A DNA stretch of 63,580 nucleotides, the filler included. It is 3 parts of 3 records of this genome, joined end to end, with 100 filler letters (N's around TTAATTAATTAA, not from the genome) between each part and the next. Parts side by side here need not be neighbours in the genome. Positions count along the whole stretch, not along the records: positions 19,883 to 43,842 come from SRR20825019_1448; 2 more parts are not named here. One strand, 5' to 3'. The position numbers and the translations under genes were made by a program. Positions 24,204 through 37,808 of the stretch are shown here, one piece after another (within the stretch, counting starts at the first letter, position 1; every line of letters begins with the position of its first letter). The notes beneath the pieces are model-generated. The model was not told the origin of the DNA. It did no database searches and was given only the letters and a program-made list of their open reading frames with translations.

Positions 24204-25198
24204 ATGCCTGTTAGTGACCAGCGCCTGCAGCAAGCCCAGGAGCTAGATGAGGCCTCCTTAATTTTGGTCAAGGCTGGGGTTAATGCAGTAAAGAGGCACC
24301 CGGGAATGACGGGAATGTACCTCGTCGGCATTTGTTTATTTATTTTTGCGAGCGGTACTGCTCTTACAGTGCAGCAGAGGGAAGCTTTCGAGAGAGAACA
24401 CGCGAAAGTGGACTACTACGCTGTTGATGAAGCAAGGTTTGAGTTGCAAGATGCTGAGAGGCAGTACTACCATGCGAAGGGCTGGTTTAGCTGTGACGGA
24501 TGGTGCCAAAGGAAAAAGGGTGAGCTCGACGTTGCCCAAGACAAGTTTAATCGAGTGATGGCAGAAAAGGAGAGGAAAATTGCCAATGCCAAGGGGAAGG
24601 TTGGTGTGTATTCAGAAATTGGTGTGGCTGAGACTCGCGACCTATTCTGGACTCGGTTTGGTCAAGGAAAGCAGTTTGCCAAGAGGTATGTGCAATGTGC
24701 ATCTGTATCTCCATGACCTGAAGAGCTGAGCTGACTGTCATACTCCAGGCAAACCATGTGGGATGCTCTCTTCATGGGCATCAGCTCAATGGGACGTGAC
24801 GAGAACTTGGTTGGGTATCTTGTTAGGATCCTGGTGAATATGATTTTCAACTTCACGATGGGTATGATCGGAGCAGTGATTGGCTTCATGTGGACCCTCT
24901 ACTCGGTTATCCAGTCGTATCAGGAATCCCTCTTCTCCGCCATGTTGTTCTTCGCTTTGGCCTCACTCGCTGCCATTTCGTTTGCGGTACGGTCTCAGCA
25001 TTTGATGTCATTTGCGCCTCCTAACCTATGGGACTTCAGGCTACGTTCTTGTTGGGCCTGTACACTGTCACTGCAGGCACGGTGTACGTGGGAGCCAAGA
25101 TGATGGCGCAGAACTTGAGAATTGAGGGCGGAAGTGGTGGGCAGTATCAGCAACAACCGGGTTACATCCGTGCAGGACCACGCCCTCACCATGACTAA
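24204..25198 (+). CDS. Hypothetical multi-pass membrane protein, 3 exons
   Basis: ORFs 24177-24716 and 24756-25103 join through short GT-AG introns; N-terminal TM, coiled coil with GWFSCD..C, C-terminal hydrophobic helices; stop TAA 25196-25198. Confidence 0.75.
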
Positions 25199-25257
25199 AA
25201 TCCTCTTCTGGACGGTGCTCCATCAAGTTCGGTTAGTTTTTTTTACTGAATTTCTCA

Positions 25258-28200
25258 TCATGCGACACTTTTCTTTTCGGGGATGGTACCTGGGGTAGTA
25301 GGCCGGGTCCCCCGAGATGACGCCCTTGAGTGTGGCCGTGGGGTTGGTGACCTGGATCCTTCATTACTGGAACTGCTCAGGCGGCGTACCATGCGCCCAG
25401 GTGAGTTAACAAGATTTGTGGGGTCGGCCTGGTCGGCCAGCGGCAGCATGAAGGTAGAGTCCTCGAGATCTTCTTCCTGGACCTGCGCCGTGGCGGTAGA
25501 TGTTGAGCGGGGTGGGTCTTCGTCCGACCCCTCGTCTTTGCCTTCGGACCCATCACCTTTTTTCTTCTTCTTCCTTCCTTTCCTCTTGCCCTTCCCTTTC
25601 TTCTTGGTGGTGGATTCCTCATCATAACCCTTAGGTTTCACTTGTGTCACGGGGCAGATATTCTTTCCGGATATTATGCCACTGTCCAGAGGAATCTCTG
25701 GCCTGGTGTGGGGGGTTCTCTTGGGCGGTTTCCACTTCATCATATTCACAGTCTTTTGTAACGTCAGCCGTCCCCGTGCGATGTCTTCGATGCTCCTCTC
25801 TTCCTTCACCTCTTCCTCTTCCTCGGTAGGTTCCCGAGAGGGCTCAGGCGACGTAAATAGCTTCTTAATAGCGTTGATCAAGGCCTCCTCCGACTCGGTT
25901 TTGATGCCCAGATGCTTGTATGAAAGGTTACTGTACTCTACTGGTGGCGAGTCTTCACGGATCGCGCCCCCGCCGAATCGCCTCACCTGCTCCAGCCTGT
26001 ATCTGGTCGCCTTGTTCCGAATCTTCAAAAGCGTTCGCATTGATGAGACTGTCGTCGGGCGGTCCTCTCCTGGTTCGTTCACAGACACCTCGCTATGCAT
26101 GGCTTCATCATCCCGGGTGAAGAGGGTCATCGCGCGCGTCACAGCCTTTAGCTTATTTCCCTCTGTTTTTGGCCTTGGAGAAAGTGTTGCGGCATTGACG
26201 CTCCAATCGCCTGGTGGCGTGGGAGCCAATGGGACATCAGCAGTCTCGGCCATGGCCTGCTCTACTTGCGTAAGAGGTCGGCGCGGGTGACCGCTATGGG
26301 TCTGCGGCCGAATTTGAGCATTCCTAGAAGTCACTGGGATGCGGGGTCCCCGAGGAGTGGAAGGAGCCCTCGGCATGAGCGCTCGAACTGTGTTTGCCAG
26401 TGTCCATCCTCCTGTCCGCCGGGGGGACGTTGCATTCTCTAACATTGATCCTTTGTGGAACTCCTCACGGTCTCGTAATTTCTGCAAGCTAGCGCGGGCA
26501 TGCTTTGTCAAATCCGGATGTGATTGGGCAGTGTTCTTTTTGACTTTGTGGTCGGGGAACCCAACGTCCACATTTTTGAAGCGCTGGATAGGACCACGCT
26601 CACTCAATTGTTTCTTCTTGCCATCGAAACTCAAGTATGGAAGGAAACCCTTGCCTTTGTCCGATGCGCGGCGAGGGCCGGGCTCACTTTCGCTGATGTC
26701 GTCCTCGGCAATAGCCATATCCACCGGCTGGTCACCAGACCCTGGATATCTTGTGTAAGGAGTGGTTGGTGGCTTCTCCAGGATAAGCTTGCGCCAGTTA
26801 GTGCGAGCAGGTGGTAAATCCTTAATGGAAAATATGGCCTTGCTACTCAAAGCATATTTGGCCCGGAACTCTTTGTATACAGGCCCTTCATGATCTTCTC
26901 CTTGCAGCCAGTTATGCTGAACATGGAGGAGCAGTGGCAATGGTGGTACATTTTGGATGCCGAATCGCCCAAGCCTGATTTCTCTCATGAGACAGGCGGC
27001 CTCTAGGGACTCGCCAGACAGTGACAACAGGATTGGAAGCATCCTGTTCGGGAGCACATAAGACGTCGTGTTTTCTACGTAAGACGTACCGATGTGGTTC
27101 ATAACCGGGCCCATGACATATCGGCTCAACGCCTTGTTCTTAAAACACGACACTAACGTGAATAGATCATCATCGGAGAGAATCTTCAGTGACACAATGC
27201 ATGTCTCAGCCTCAACAGCTATATCTTCATCGTCATCGCCGAGCAAGCGAGTGAGATCCGTCACGAGTTGGTATCCGACCCATTGGAATTTCTGGAGTGC
27301 GTCGATGCCTGCCATTCGAATGGTTGCATTTGGGTGCTTCATCCAATTCAGCAAGATCGGTTCAACAGCATTTCTAAACACCATCCCTGTAGCTTTGACG
27401 ACTATCACGGCCTCCCGCCAGGCTGCCTCGGTATATCTTTTGTTGCCCGGAACTTTGAGCATAAACTTCAGAACGCGGAGGACCTCGAGTGGATCACCGC
27501 CTGACTCCTTCATTGCTCTCATCGAATTAGCAAGAGTCATCACTGCCATTTCTGTCACAGTCATGTCCTTATCATGCTCAGCCACCCACACAAGTGATTT
27601 GAGAACTTGAGCAGTCAGAATCATCTGAGCTTGTAGAGACCTTACAGCCTCCTTTCGAACTAGTACAGATGGATCCCGGCAGCGGTTCACCAGTAAATCC
27701 ACTTCTTCTTTGTGAAGCTTTTCAAGTATCCCATAGTATTTCGTGATTTGCAGTCTGATAGAGTCTCCAGAGGTTTCCATTTGAGCAGCTAGAGCTCTAC
27801 GTACCTCGCCATGCCTGCAAGGACATGGAAGGCATGCATTCACACCCATCATACGGACGGAGAGATCCTTGCTCCATAACCGTGAAACAATTACCTTTGC
27901 TATGTCATCGTGAAGTTCCTGGAAAACAAAAACTATTAGCAGGTGTCAATACCTTCCCCTTCGATGTCATCACCTCATTTTTCCTCACAATGGCAGCTGC
28001 CCTTGCGGACGTCACGTCATCCGCGCTTGCAAGAAGTGACGTGAAGGTATTGGCAACCTGCCTCATATTCTCCTTTCCAAGTGTGGCCCGAGTGCAATCT
28101 GCCAAAAATTCCGACGCTTCTACAGCAGAGCGCCTCACGGAGAGGTTCTGATCCTGCATACGCTGAAGGAGAAGAACCAAGAGCTCGTCATCTAGTGCCC

Positions 28201-31200
28201 TTATTTTCCCTAGAGCCCCAGTCACAGCCCTTCTCACATCAACATTTTGATCTTCTGATGCTATCGCCAAGGCACAATAGAACTCTTCGTGTCTTAAACC
28301 AAGAGTGCCCACCACGTTAATACCAGCGATTCTTATCGAAGGTTGTTTTGCCATGCGAATAGCATTGATCAAGACTGGAATGAGTCCTTCTTCTGCCAGT
28401 ATTACCTCATCCATGAGAACAAGCATGCCCAAGGCAATAGTGTATACAGGAGCCGCGATTTCTTCACCGGGCGGCGTGCGAACTGTCGTGAGTATCCACT
28501 CCAAGGCTGCATATGGAAGCTGTGTTCCTCTGCTGAAGGCATTTTTCAACACTTTTGCAGCAGCATCGACCACATCGGGATCTTCGTCGTGCAATGCTCC
28601 CACGACATCTTGAAGTGTATCGATTTCCCTTTGACATGCGATATCCAATGCCTCTACTGCGGTAGAGCGCGTGGTGGCATGAGAATGCTGAAGAAGTTTT
28701 CTCAACGCCAAGACTGTCACCTCGGAGTTGTACCGAAGGGTATCCAAGGAATGAATGGTGGACGTCCGTACAGCATCTTCCTCATCGAACATCAGCGTTG
28801 TCATCGCAGTGGTGATTTCATCGTCGAATAGTCGGAACTCTTTCACATACAAGACTGCATCCCGCCGCAACTCGCCCTCCTCATGAACCATCCACGACTT
28901 AAGGATGGTCTTTAAACTCTCCTGAGATATACCCCCATTGTTATGCACAATGCTGACAGCCACGTCCCTGACCTTGGCATTCCTGTCTCGAAGACGCCAC
29001 AGCACGGACTGCTCCCTTGTAGGGGTATCTATTATGTCACAATCGTGCATTGCAGTGAGCGCCGCCAACCTGACATCCTGGTCATTATCTTCCATTAGGT
29101 CGCATATCTTATCTCCAGTGTCTACTGTGACGAGGTTCAGATCCTTGCAAATAGAACACGCTCGTGCTCTAACTTCCCAGTGAGAGTTAGCCAGACAGTT
29201 CCCAAGAATCCTTCCAGTGCTGTTCTTCAGATTAAATCTAGTGAGGTATTGGAGGGCTGTGAGAGTCTTAGGAACATCATTTCCTCTCGTCCATTCCGCC
29301 AGGGTTTCTACTAACGTGATGTCTTCGATCTCCCAAGAGGAAATAACCTCTTCGACTAATGATACAATGTCCGGCTCCTTGTCTTCAAGCAGCTTGACAA
29401 CCCCAGAACGGAGAAGTGAGTCGTTTTCTAGCAGGCTTACAACGCTCTTGACAGCACACATACGCCTCGATTTTTCCAAAGATTCGAATGCTCTCATGAT
29501 CCCAGATACAATTTTCTTGTAGTTTTCTAGTCGTAGCATTGGAGGTAACATAGGTAAATTTCGATAGACGAGAGGAGTCTTGGTGGTCATTGCAGTCACA
29601 ATGAAGTTGCACACAGTAGCATTGTCGATACCTTCAAATGAATCAAACTCGGCCGCCTCATACATCGCATCGGACTGCAGATAGTTTAGAGGATGCAATA
29701 ACTGTTCCGATAAGAAATTCCATCTAGTTTTGAAGAGATCTTGCGCAATAGTACTCAGAGGATGCGAGGTTGGAATGGGAGGGTCCCCTGGTGCACGAGG
29801 CCCCGCCGCCAAAGCATCGCGCGCCTTCACCATCTCCTTAAAAGCACGTGTATTCTCTCGACGTCGCATAGCAGCGAGGAGAAGATAGTTCGAAGGGGTG
29901 TGTGTTGAGTCCTTGAATTCCACAGTAGGGTGTGGATTAATCATAATCAAGCGCGCAATTTGCTCAAACACCGGCGGTGAAGCGTACGATAGGGCAGCTA
30001 GGAGCATTTCTTGGTACCAAGGATCGCCTACCTTATCATCCAACATCCTTCGAATAAGAAGCGGCTGCTCTTCTCCCTCGTCCCTTACCGCCCTCTCAAT
30101 TTCACCCACCCAATGCCATCCGGCATAATGTTCCTGCATGACTAGCATGGTAAACTGGAAGACGTCTTGACCATCACCATTTGAGCCGCCAGCCTTAATC
30201 TTGGACATTAACGGAAAGTCACCCTTGTGGATGTGCCTCTCAAGAAAGGCCCAGCACTTTACCCCATTGATATCATCCATAAGTGTAGCAGCTCCTCGAA
30301 TAAATTGGGACGATACAAGACGGGTTCTCTCCGACTGCATGGCGTATGCCAATCTGCATACCACTTCAGCCAAATGTTCCGGATGAACCACCCTTTCCTT
30401 GTCCGCAATGGCTATAATTCTATCTACAATCTTTGTGCCATCGCGCTGATTCTTGGCTCTTACTTTTTCAAACATTTTCAAATATACCCGATAAGAGTGG
30501 TTGCCGTCAGGGCTAGTAAGGGTTTGTGCAAAGAACTCAATGTCATCCTCTTCAACGGCCTCAAGAATCATTGCCCACATTTCCGGATATCTCTTGTTCC
30601 GGTCACGCTCTCGCGCAACAATTTTCTCCTCTACATTTTTTTTGTTGAGATTGCTGACCTTCTGGAGTCTGTCCAAATCTTTCAGAAAATCATGCATGCG
30701 ACCCCAAATTTTAACTTCCTCTTCTACCAGATTTTCCATTGTTTTCTTCAGTGCAAGCCATGAAATGTCTGCGCTCGATGGAAATGATTCTATGTCTCCT
30801 CCGCAATTTCCCCACTCCGCCGCTACGAAGTTTAACATCAGTGGGTGCTCCATCATTTCCCCCAGCGTGTCAAGGGGTTTCTCTTCTCCTAGCATAGCGG
30901 GTAGTTCACTTTTGGTCGAGAATTCTCGCTCAAATACAAAATCCTGTGATGCTTTTGATAGAGGATTCAACAGAAGAACCTCCCATTGCCCAGGGGGGCC
31001 CAGATTGTTGATCATTTTCAATGAACTTGAGGACGATATGATGATTTGCCGACAGTGCCGGAAAAGACCGTTCTGCAACAACTGGAGCAGCGCTTGCTGG
31101 TCCTTTGTAGCATAGTCAAGACCATCCAAAAAGACACATAATCCATCGCCCTCTGCAATCTTGATCAGAATTTTTGAATACTTTCCATCACAACGACCCT

Positions 31201-33137
31201 TTCTATCGTGGAAGAATTCTTCAAGAGAGCTTCGCTTTAGCTGATCTCCACGCAAGCTTTGAACCATGTCCCGAATGTCAAGGAAAATAGGAGTTGCATT
31301 CCGTGGGTCATCGAGGCGATGCTTTATAGCCTCAAGACACATCTTTTGCAGGAGTGCAGACTTTCCATATGCTGACGCACCAAATACTGCTACTTTCTTG
31401 AACACAGTTGGTTGGGTCACAACCGTACTCTCAGAGAGCTCGTCACCAGTGACTTCCACGACTCTTTTCATGCCCTCGGAGGCATATCCAAGATTGGTTA
31501 TATTTGGGAATCGACTCCCTCTTACGTGTCCATCCAAAAAGTTGTCCATGCGCTCTCTCGTGGACAGTAACTTCATCCTTTCATCTTCTCCAACATGTCG
31601 AAACGAAGGCATGATCTGTGTAGCAACATCAAATTTCGAATTTGTAAGCATATTCGTTTGGATTGAAAGGTCTTTTCTCAACGTATTCAAATACATGGTG
31701 ACTTCACTTTCGTCCTTGTCACTAAGTAGCACCTTATTATACATCCATGCATCTAATCTTCGGAGGAGTGACGAGAGCCACTTGCGATGTTCTTCTACGA
31801 GCTGGTGATTAGATCTGTCCTCGAGATCTATTGCCTTATAGCCGTAAAAACGATCCTTAAGATCAGTTTTGATTGCCATAGTTTCGGTCAAAAACTCCTG
31901 GTGTTTCGCATAGTCCTGCTTGTTAGAACTATTATTCCAGGGAATGTTTTCGTTGAACTGCGGAATAAGTGCTGAAAGGTCTGCAACCTCATCCTCCATA
32001 TCTGCAAAGCTCATTTCGTGCTCCTTGAAGAATGGTATCAGTCGAGAGTGCAAAACAGGTGATATCTTGTACAGAGTTTTTTGCACCCAAACGCTGATTT
32101 GTTGAAACTGGTTATGGTACTTGTCCCTTTGCAAAAGGCGCGCTAATGTGACTCTGCGGACAATATTAATGATCTGATGACAATCAAGCCTTCACGGCAA
32201 AACATACTCTAAAGTGCACATTTTCAGCAATCTATTTCCCTCTGATATCCAGTGACACAGCTCTTTCATCGAATCGCGTCGCCTTTTCTCGGGGTTTTCA
32301 TCTGCTATCCGCTGGTCTGTAGAGGCCATGCTGTATGGGCGTGATGTGGAGGATAGGCGCGATGCCGATATGGAGAAGCTCATTTGGGAGCTGGAATTAT
32401 TACTAGGAACAGGATTAGAGTTTCACAACAAACACGCATTCATCTCCTTACTCTAAAACAGAATCCTTCTCGCTCACTTGCTCCTTGTCAGCGTTAAGAA
32501 GGTAGTCTGCATATCAATTTAGTATCAGCAGGTCTAGCGATATCTCATCGTCACCTTCTAATTCTGCCTTCAATTGGGTCATCCTAGAAGTATATAGCTT
32601 ACACTTGGCATGGGAGAATACAATCCTCTTGCCCAGATCAAGAGCATCATCTATTGTCTCATATGTTGCTGATACGTCCTGTTCAAAAGGTGTCTTTTCC
32701 GAACCGATTTCACTCGGCGGTACCGGTGTTGTACCCTCCGGAGTATCAGAAACCGTGACCTTCCTGACCTTCGTGCTACCTGCTTCACTGTTACTCACAC
32801 TCTGCAATCCATTTTCATCACTTCCGCCTGGTTCCTCGCCCTTGACGGAAGGTGCCACCTCCGAGTTCTTTCCTCTAGTTTTAAACGCCATCGCAGTTTC
32901 TTGCATCGCTGCAGTCGTATCAGTGTCAAGCTGTTTCCGTGCACTTTTTATGGACGATTTCTTCGAAGCTCCACTGGCTCCACCCTCCGATGTACTGAAA
33001 GACACTTCCTTTGTAACTCTTTGAGAATTTCTAGAAAGGGTGTTTGCCGCATTTTCCTTGTTCTCTTCAATGGCCGCCAAGCCTGATGGCTCGGAGCATA
33101 CACTAGGTGTGGTCTCAGTAGCTTTATCACCACTCAT
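25258..33137 (-). CDS. Large (~2500 aa) NACHT/STAND NTPase with a long HEAT-repeat array and low-complexity basic/acidic tail
   Basis: Walker A VFGASAYGKS, Walker B LCVFLDGLD, HPLML, FQF...QEHYAG. Many L.D.D..VR..A HEAT units. An intron with its acceptor near 27919 links the 1409-aa and 864-aa ORFs in frame (ELHDDIAKVIVSRLWSKDLSVRMMGV). 5' exons start at ATG 33137. Confidence 0.85.
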
Positions 33138-33249
33138 AATCAGACTAGTCAGAGAAACTCTATCATCCCTTTGATAACAACACACTCGAAGTCAAGTCCT
33201 TACTCGAAACTCTCTATTCACAGCCAGTAGCGCAGGGGAGGTACACATC

Positions 33250-33950
33250 TTTATGGGAAGGTTAGGCACTCTGTGCAACGGCAGTCGCAGCGAGGTTTCT
33301 GTGCTTCTGGGGGGCACCCATCATCGGCGCGAGACTGGGGTCGAGATGACGCAACCTCAGTCGGCTGCCCAGGCGGGGGGTGATCAGCGGCAGCGGCCGG
33401 AGGGGGCGGGGCTGCTAGGCTCTCTCAGTTTATTCGGCCGGCCGGCCCGCGGCCCGGCGCTACGCGAGAGCGAAGGGGTGTGACAGGCTGCTACCAAGCA
33501 TGGCAGCGTACCCCCGACTGGTGAGCCAAGCCGAGTCAACCCGACCCGTGTGTTGTGCACAAACGTGAAACGTTACAGGCCCTAACTTGAAATAACATAA
33601 TATCTCCAAATAGCGATTGGTGATTGTCCGTCCCTCACTGAGGGACGCGGGCCGACCGGACGGCGGTCCCGATCGGATCCGGCCAAGTGCGGCGCCGGTG
33701 CGGACGCGGGCCGCTGCGTCTCTGACTCAGCGCGCGCGGCCCCCGGGGACAGCCTCCGGCGCGGGCCCCGCGCCCCCCCGGACACTGCCGTCACCGCGGC
33801 GCCAGTGCCGGGTGTCCGGGGTCCGCTCGGCCGGCGCACCCACCCCCTCTGGTGTAGCCGCGTCGTCAGCCTCTGCAGCCCAGTCTCGCCGTTGCTCGGG
33901 GTTTAGGGCGACCAAAGACTCCCCTCCCCGGCTGTGTATCTGCGCTGATT
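33250..33950. promoter_or_regulatory. GC-rich divergent promoter island (NACHT gene / LamG gene)
   Basis: GC block, AT-rich core (about 33560-33620), GC block; TGACTCA near 33723; TATATA at 34001-34006 just downstream. Confidence 0.6.
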
Positions 33951-34055
33951 CTTAATCTGACTTCAGCCCAACAGCAGACTAAAGCTGTCCTCTGTGCTAA
34001 TATATATGCAGCCCCAGCGCAGTGAGCCCTTAAGAGGGAACCGAAACTGTTCATC

Positions 34056-35591
34056 ATGGGAAACGAAGCTTCGAGTGAGAAATATACCCTTTCTAAGAGT
34101 GGCGCTGTAATCGATGGGAAAGGTTGGTAGTCAATAGCACGAGGATTTATATGCTGACTATTGGGCTCCACAGTGAAGGACTCGGAGGTGTTCTGTGGTT
34201 ATTTTGATGGCAACGAAGAGTCGTGGTCAAAGAGGCCCTGCTTCAATATTGGAAAACAGAGTGATGGTTCTGTGGGAGACTTTACTGTCACTGGGTTTCT
34301 CTATGTATCTACTGATACAGTAGACCGCGATGGGATGTCTCAGGGCATTTTCGACAATGATGGTACCCCTAGCCTGACTCTCATGCCCCCACGTGCTGGT
34401 GAGGAAGGAAGCAGGCTATGTGCTAGGGTTAAGTCAACGGCCTTTTCCGGATCGGACGAGTCCATCGACTATGGAGTGAGCAACCGGAGGCACTTCTTCG
34501 ACTGCCACAACGCAGCGGTAGTGTCGAAGGTTCCCGTTCCCAACGGCACCTGGTTCCATGTTGCTGTGGTTCACAAGGCCACTGTCGGGGCCTCAGCAGG
34601 CCACTTGTCTATCTATGTGGATGGTGAGGAAGTGGGCACTCAGAAGTTTAAGTCTGGTGCGCGCAGTCTGCCCCCGCGTAATGAGGGCGGACTTTGGCTC
34701 GGCCGCGCGTTTCCTCTCGCTCACGAGTCGGCTTCTGCCAACAATTGCTTCGAGGGAAGGTGAGTGGAATCGGCAGACTTTACTTCTACACTTTTTCTTA
34801 GACAGAGCTAACTCTATCGTTAGTATGGGCATGGTAACCTTGTACAATAAGGCAATTGGTTCTGCGAAGGTGAAGGCTGATATGGGCAACAACCCTCTGC
34901 CTCCAGTTGTGGATGGATATGATCCCAGAGCAAGTAAGTTTCCAGGATGGCATGACTTCGACAGGTCTAACCTCTACTGCACTATATCAGATTCAGTCTT
35001 GCTGTCTGACAGGATGGATAATGACGACAAACTGGCCGACAAACCTTTGTACAATGTTGAGTGGAGGTCACCTACGACTGGAGATGTTGTGGTTCACTTT
35101 GAGGCGAGGGGAGAGGATAGCCTAATTGTATTTTTGGCTGACTCTGTCCACGACGATAAGCACGCTGTGGCAAAGGTTACGCTGAATGGGAAAGTGTGGG
35201 TGATCAGAGTACAGGATCTGCCGAGAGTCTGGACTAACAACTGTGCAGCGATGGGAAGAATTACGAGTCATCGATTTTGGAGTCCGGGAAGGCCTTGGCC
35301 ACTGAGAAGGGATCTCGTCAGAGCCACGACAAGTTCCAATCATATTTTGTTATAGCGAATAAGGAAGGCATTACTGCCGGCTTGGGAACTGCCAGCAAAC
35401 AGGAAAGGGTCATGGTGAAGGCTTCAAAGAACCCCATTCAGAATGTGACATACGCCGGATTCAGTTGCTTCCTCAATAAGGTTGAGCTTCAAAATATCCG
35501 TATTAGCGACTCTAAGGGCCAAGAAGTCGAGTACACTTCTTCAGGGAAGCATCATGGCAGCGAGTTTGCGCTGTGCCGCCCGGACCGGTAA
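34056..35591 (+). CDS. Probably N-myristoylated protein with a ConA/LamG-like domain and a FAMeT-like (Methyltransf_FA) beta domain, about 4 exons
   Basis: MGNEAS start; WFHVAVVH..LSIYVDGEEV..LWLGR..FEG..MVTLYNKAI (LamG-like); HFEARG..SYFV..ITAGLG..NPIQNVTYAGFS (FAMeT-like); short GT-AG introns connect the ORFs. Confidence 0.7.
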
Positions 35592-36289
35592 CTGACCAAG
35601 GCAAAAGTGTATATTAAGTGCGTCCGAACTGCAAGTAAAACAGACAGTTGCCGGAATCATAATTCATCATCCCCACAATATTATCATAAATCATGGCCTA
35701 GAGGGCATGATCGTCCGGAACCAATCGGATTTCCCACAATTACCCACCGAGCGTCGCTTACGACCACGACTCTCCATATAATGTTCTCAAAAACTACCTA
35801 ATCGTTGTTATTTCACAACAAAGTCACTCAGTTGGCCTTTAGAGTCGCCTAGGGCAGGGTGCCGAGTCGCCCGGTTAACCCATCGGTGCTAAGCCAGCTG
35901 TAGAACTTCGCCGGAAAATTCGCGGCCTCGCTCTTTCCCGACCGTGGTCGTCACCAGATGGCGGACAATTCTTTAAGCAAAGTAATGAAACATATACATG
36001 AATCAATTAGGGCATGAGATTATAGATAAGGCGTTGGCCCTAAGTTTCGAGGACGATCATTTAAGTCTTCGATGAGCCGCCGGCCACCTCCCCTCGCCGT
36101 ATTGTTGACAACCTCCCTCTGCTTCCCCCTGCCAGTGCTGCGCGGTCGGATCGTGGGCGCAGCCCAGCCCCCGGGAGGGAGGCCTGCCCGACCCTGAGTC
36201 TCACTTGCCGTCCCGCGTCTGCACGACTCTGGACTGACTGACTCTCGCGGCCTTAGCACGTACTCTCATCAGTGACGCCAGGCAAAGAG

Positions 36290-37736
36290 ATGGCTGCCAG
36301 AAAGCAAGCGGAGCGTCTACGCAAGGCGATCATGGTTCGATAGCACGCTGAAATATTCCGAGACATTCGTGCACTATGGTACTGACCAGATTTAGGTAAT
36401 CGTCAACCTGGACTCACCAAATAAGCATAGCGGCAAAACCTCTGCCAAGACAGAATCGAACAAGATGGTTGGCACTTTTCAACAACGAAAACCAAGAAAA
36501 CCCATAGAAAAAATCGTACGTGATAATAAGGAGGAGGACGAAAATTCCTCAGTGCAGACACCGAAAAGTAAGAGTGTGAAGCCTAGCACTGCAAAGAAGT
36601 CTCAAAAGCCGAAAGTCAAAACCCCTTTAAAAGATTCCACTAATGACGAGGGCATCAAAAAGCATCTGAAGGCTAAGAAGGAAGGCTCCGAAGGCATTCT
36701 CCAAGGTAGGCAACTTTTGCGTATGACCGTTCATGGGCTTACCTTTCTATAGGCAGCGTCGATGTGACCTTTCCCGATGGCTCCACTGACTCATTTCAGT
36801 GGACAAAAGAAGCGAAGAGTGCATCGCCTGGCCAAGAGGCTATGGGGGCCCTTCGCGCCGTAGCTGATACCTTTGATGACAAGGAGGTAAGTTGAATCCA
36901 GTGAGTGCATTTAGTCTTTCTCTAAGGTGTCGAGGCTATAGTTGAACAAGATTCTGAAGAATGCCACGGTAGACTCGTTTGAGAATCTAAAACTGACGTC
37001 AACACTATTTAATCATCGTGTCGAAGCATTGATAAAATCTGAGAAAAGCAGTGGACAAGCGGTGCAGCTCCCCACAGAAGAACAGGTTACGTATGCACTT
37101 GCGAAAACATATGCGGCTGTTGTGGACAACCCCTCCAGTCTCAACAAGTACAAGGGATTCTCACCAGAAGTGTACGGTGAAACTGAAGTTGGGATAATGC
37201 GTGACATTGCGCGCACCACGCCGATTTTGCCAACTCATAACTTCATTGACTTGGGCAGTGGGATTGGGCAAGTGGTCCTACAAATGGCCGGAGAGATTGG
37301 CTGCAAGCACTCCTTTGGAATCGAGCTTATGAACAACCCCGCAGAATATCAAAAGGGCATGGGCCCTGAGTTCAAGAAGCAGTTGGCAAGGTTTAAAAGA
37401 GCCCCTGCTCCCTTTGAGCTTGTTCATGGAGACTTTTTGAAGGATCCTGTTCCGATCGCAAGTGCAGATGTTATTTTTGTAAATAATGTCGCGTTTGGGC
37501 CGGAGCTCAACCATATGTTGGCGCTTAAATTTGCCGAGGAAATGCAAGATGGGGCCAGGGTCGTCTCATACAGACCTTTTGTACAAGCAAGTCGCCGTCG
37601 CAGAATCAGACGGGGAGATCCGACGAATGTCATAGTTATTGAGGGCACACACACATTTAAGGGAAAGGGGGTATCATGGACCGATAATCACATGGACTAC
37701 TACATCCACAAAATCGATAGGTCCTCCGCAAAGTAA
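36290..37736 (+). CDS. DOT1: Histone H3K79 methyltransferase DOT1-like, about 4 exons
   Basis: VYGET, FIDLGSGIGQVV, FGIE, GDFL and IFVNNVAF motifs; Lys-rich N-terminal region; ATG 36290. Confidence 0.9.
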
Positions 37737-37808
37737 CTGACCATTGTTCACATTGAAGTGACATAAAGCAAGAAGAAACATACCATTCTATCAACGGGAA
37801 CGATTTAT

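Noticed and set aside
27850-27975. The 864-aa and 1409-aa ORFs as separate genes or stop readthrough
   Set aside because: A short GT-AG intron joins them in frame and continues the HEAT pattern; no promoter island lies between them.
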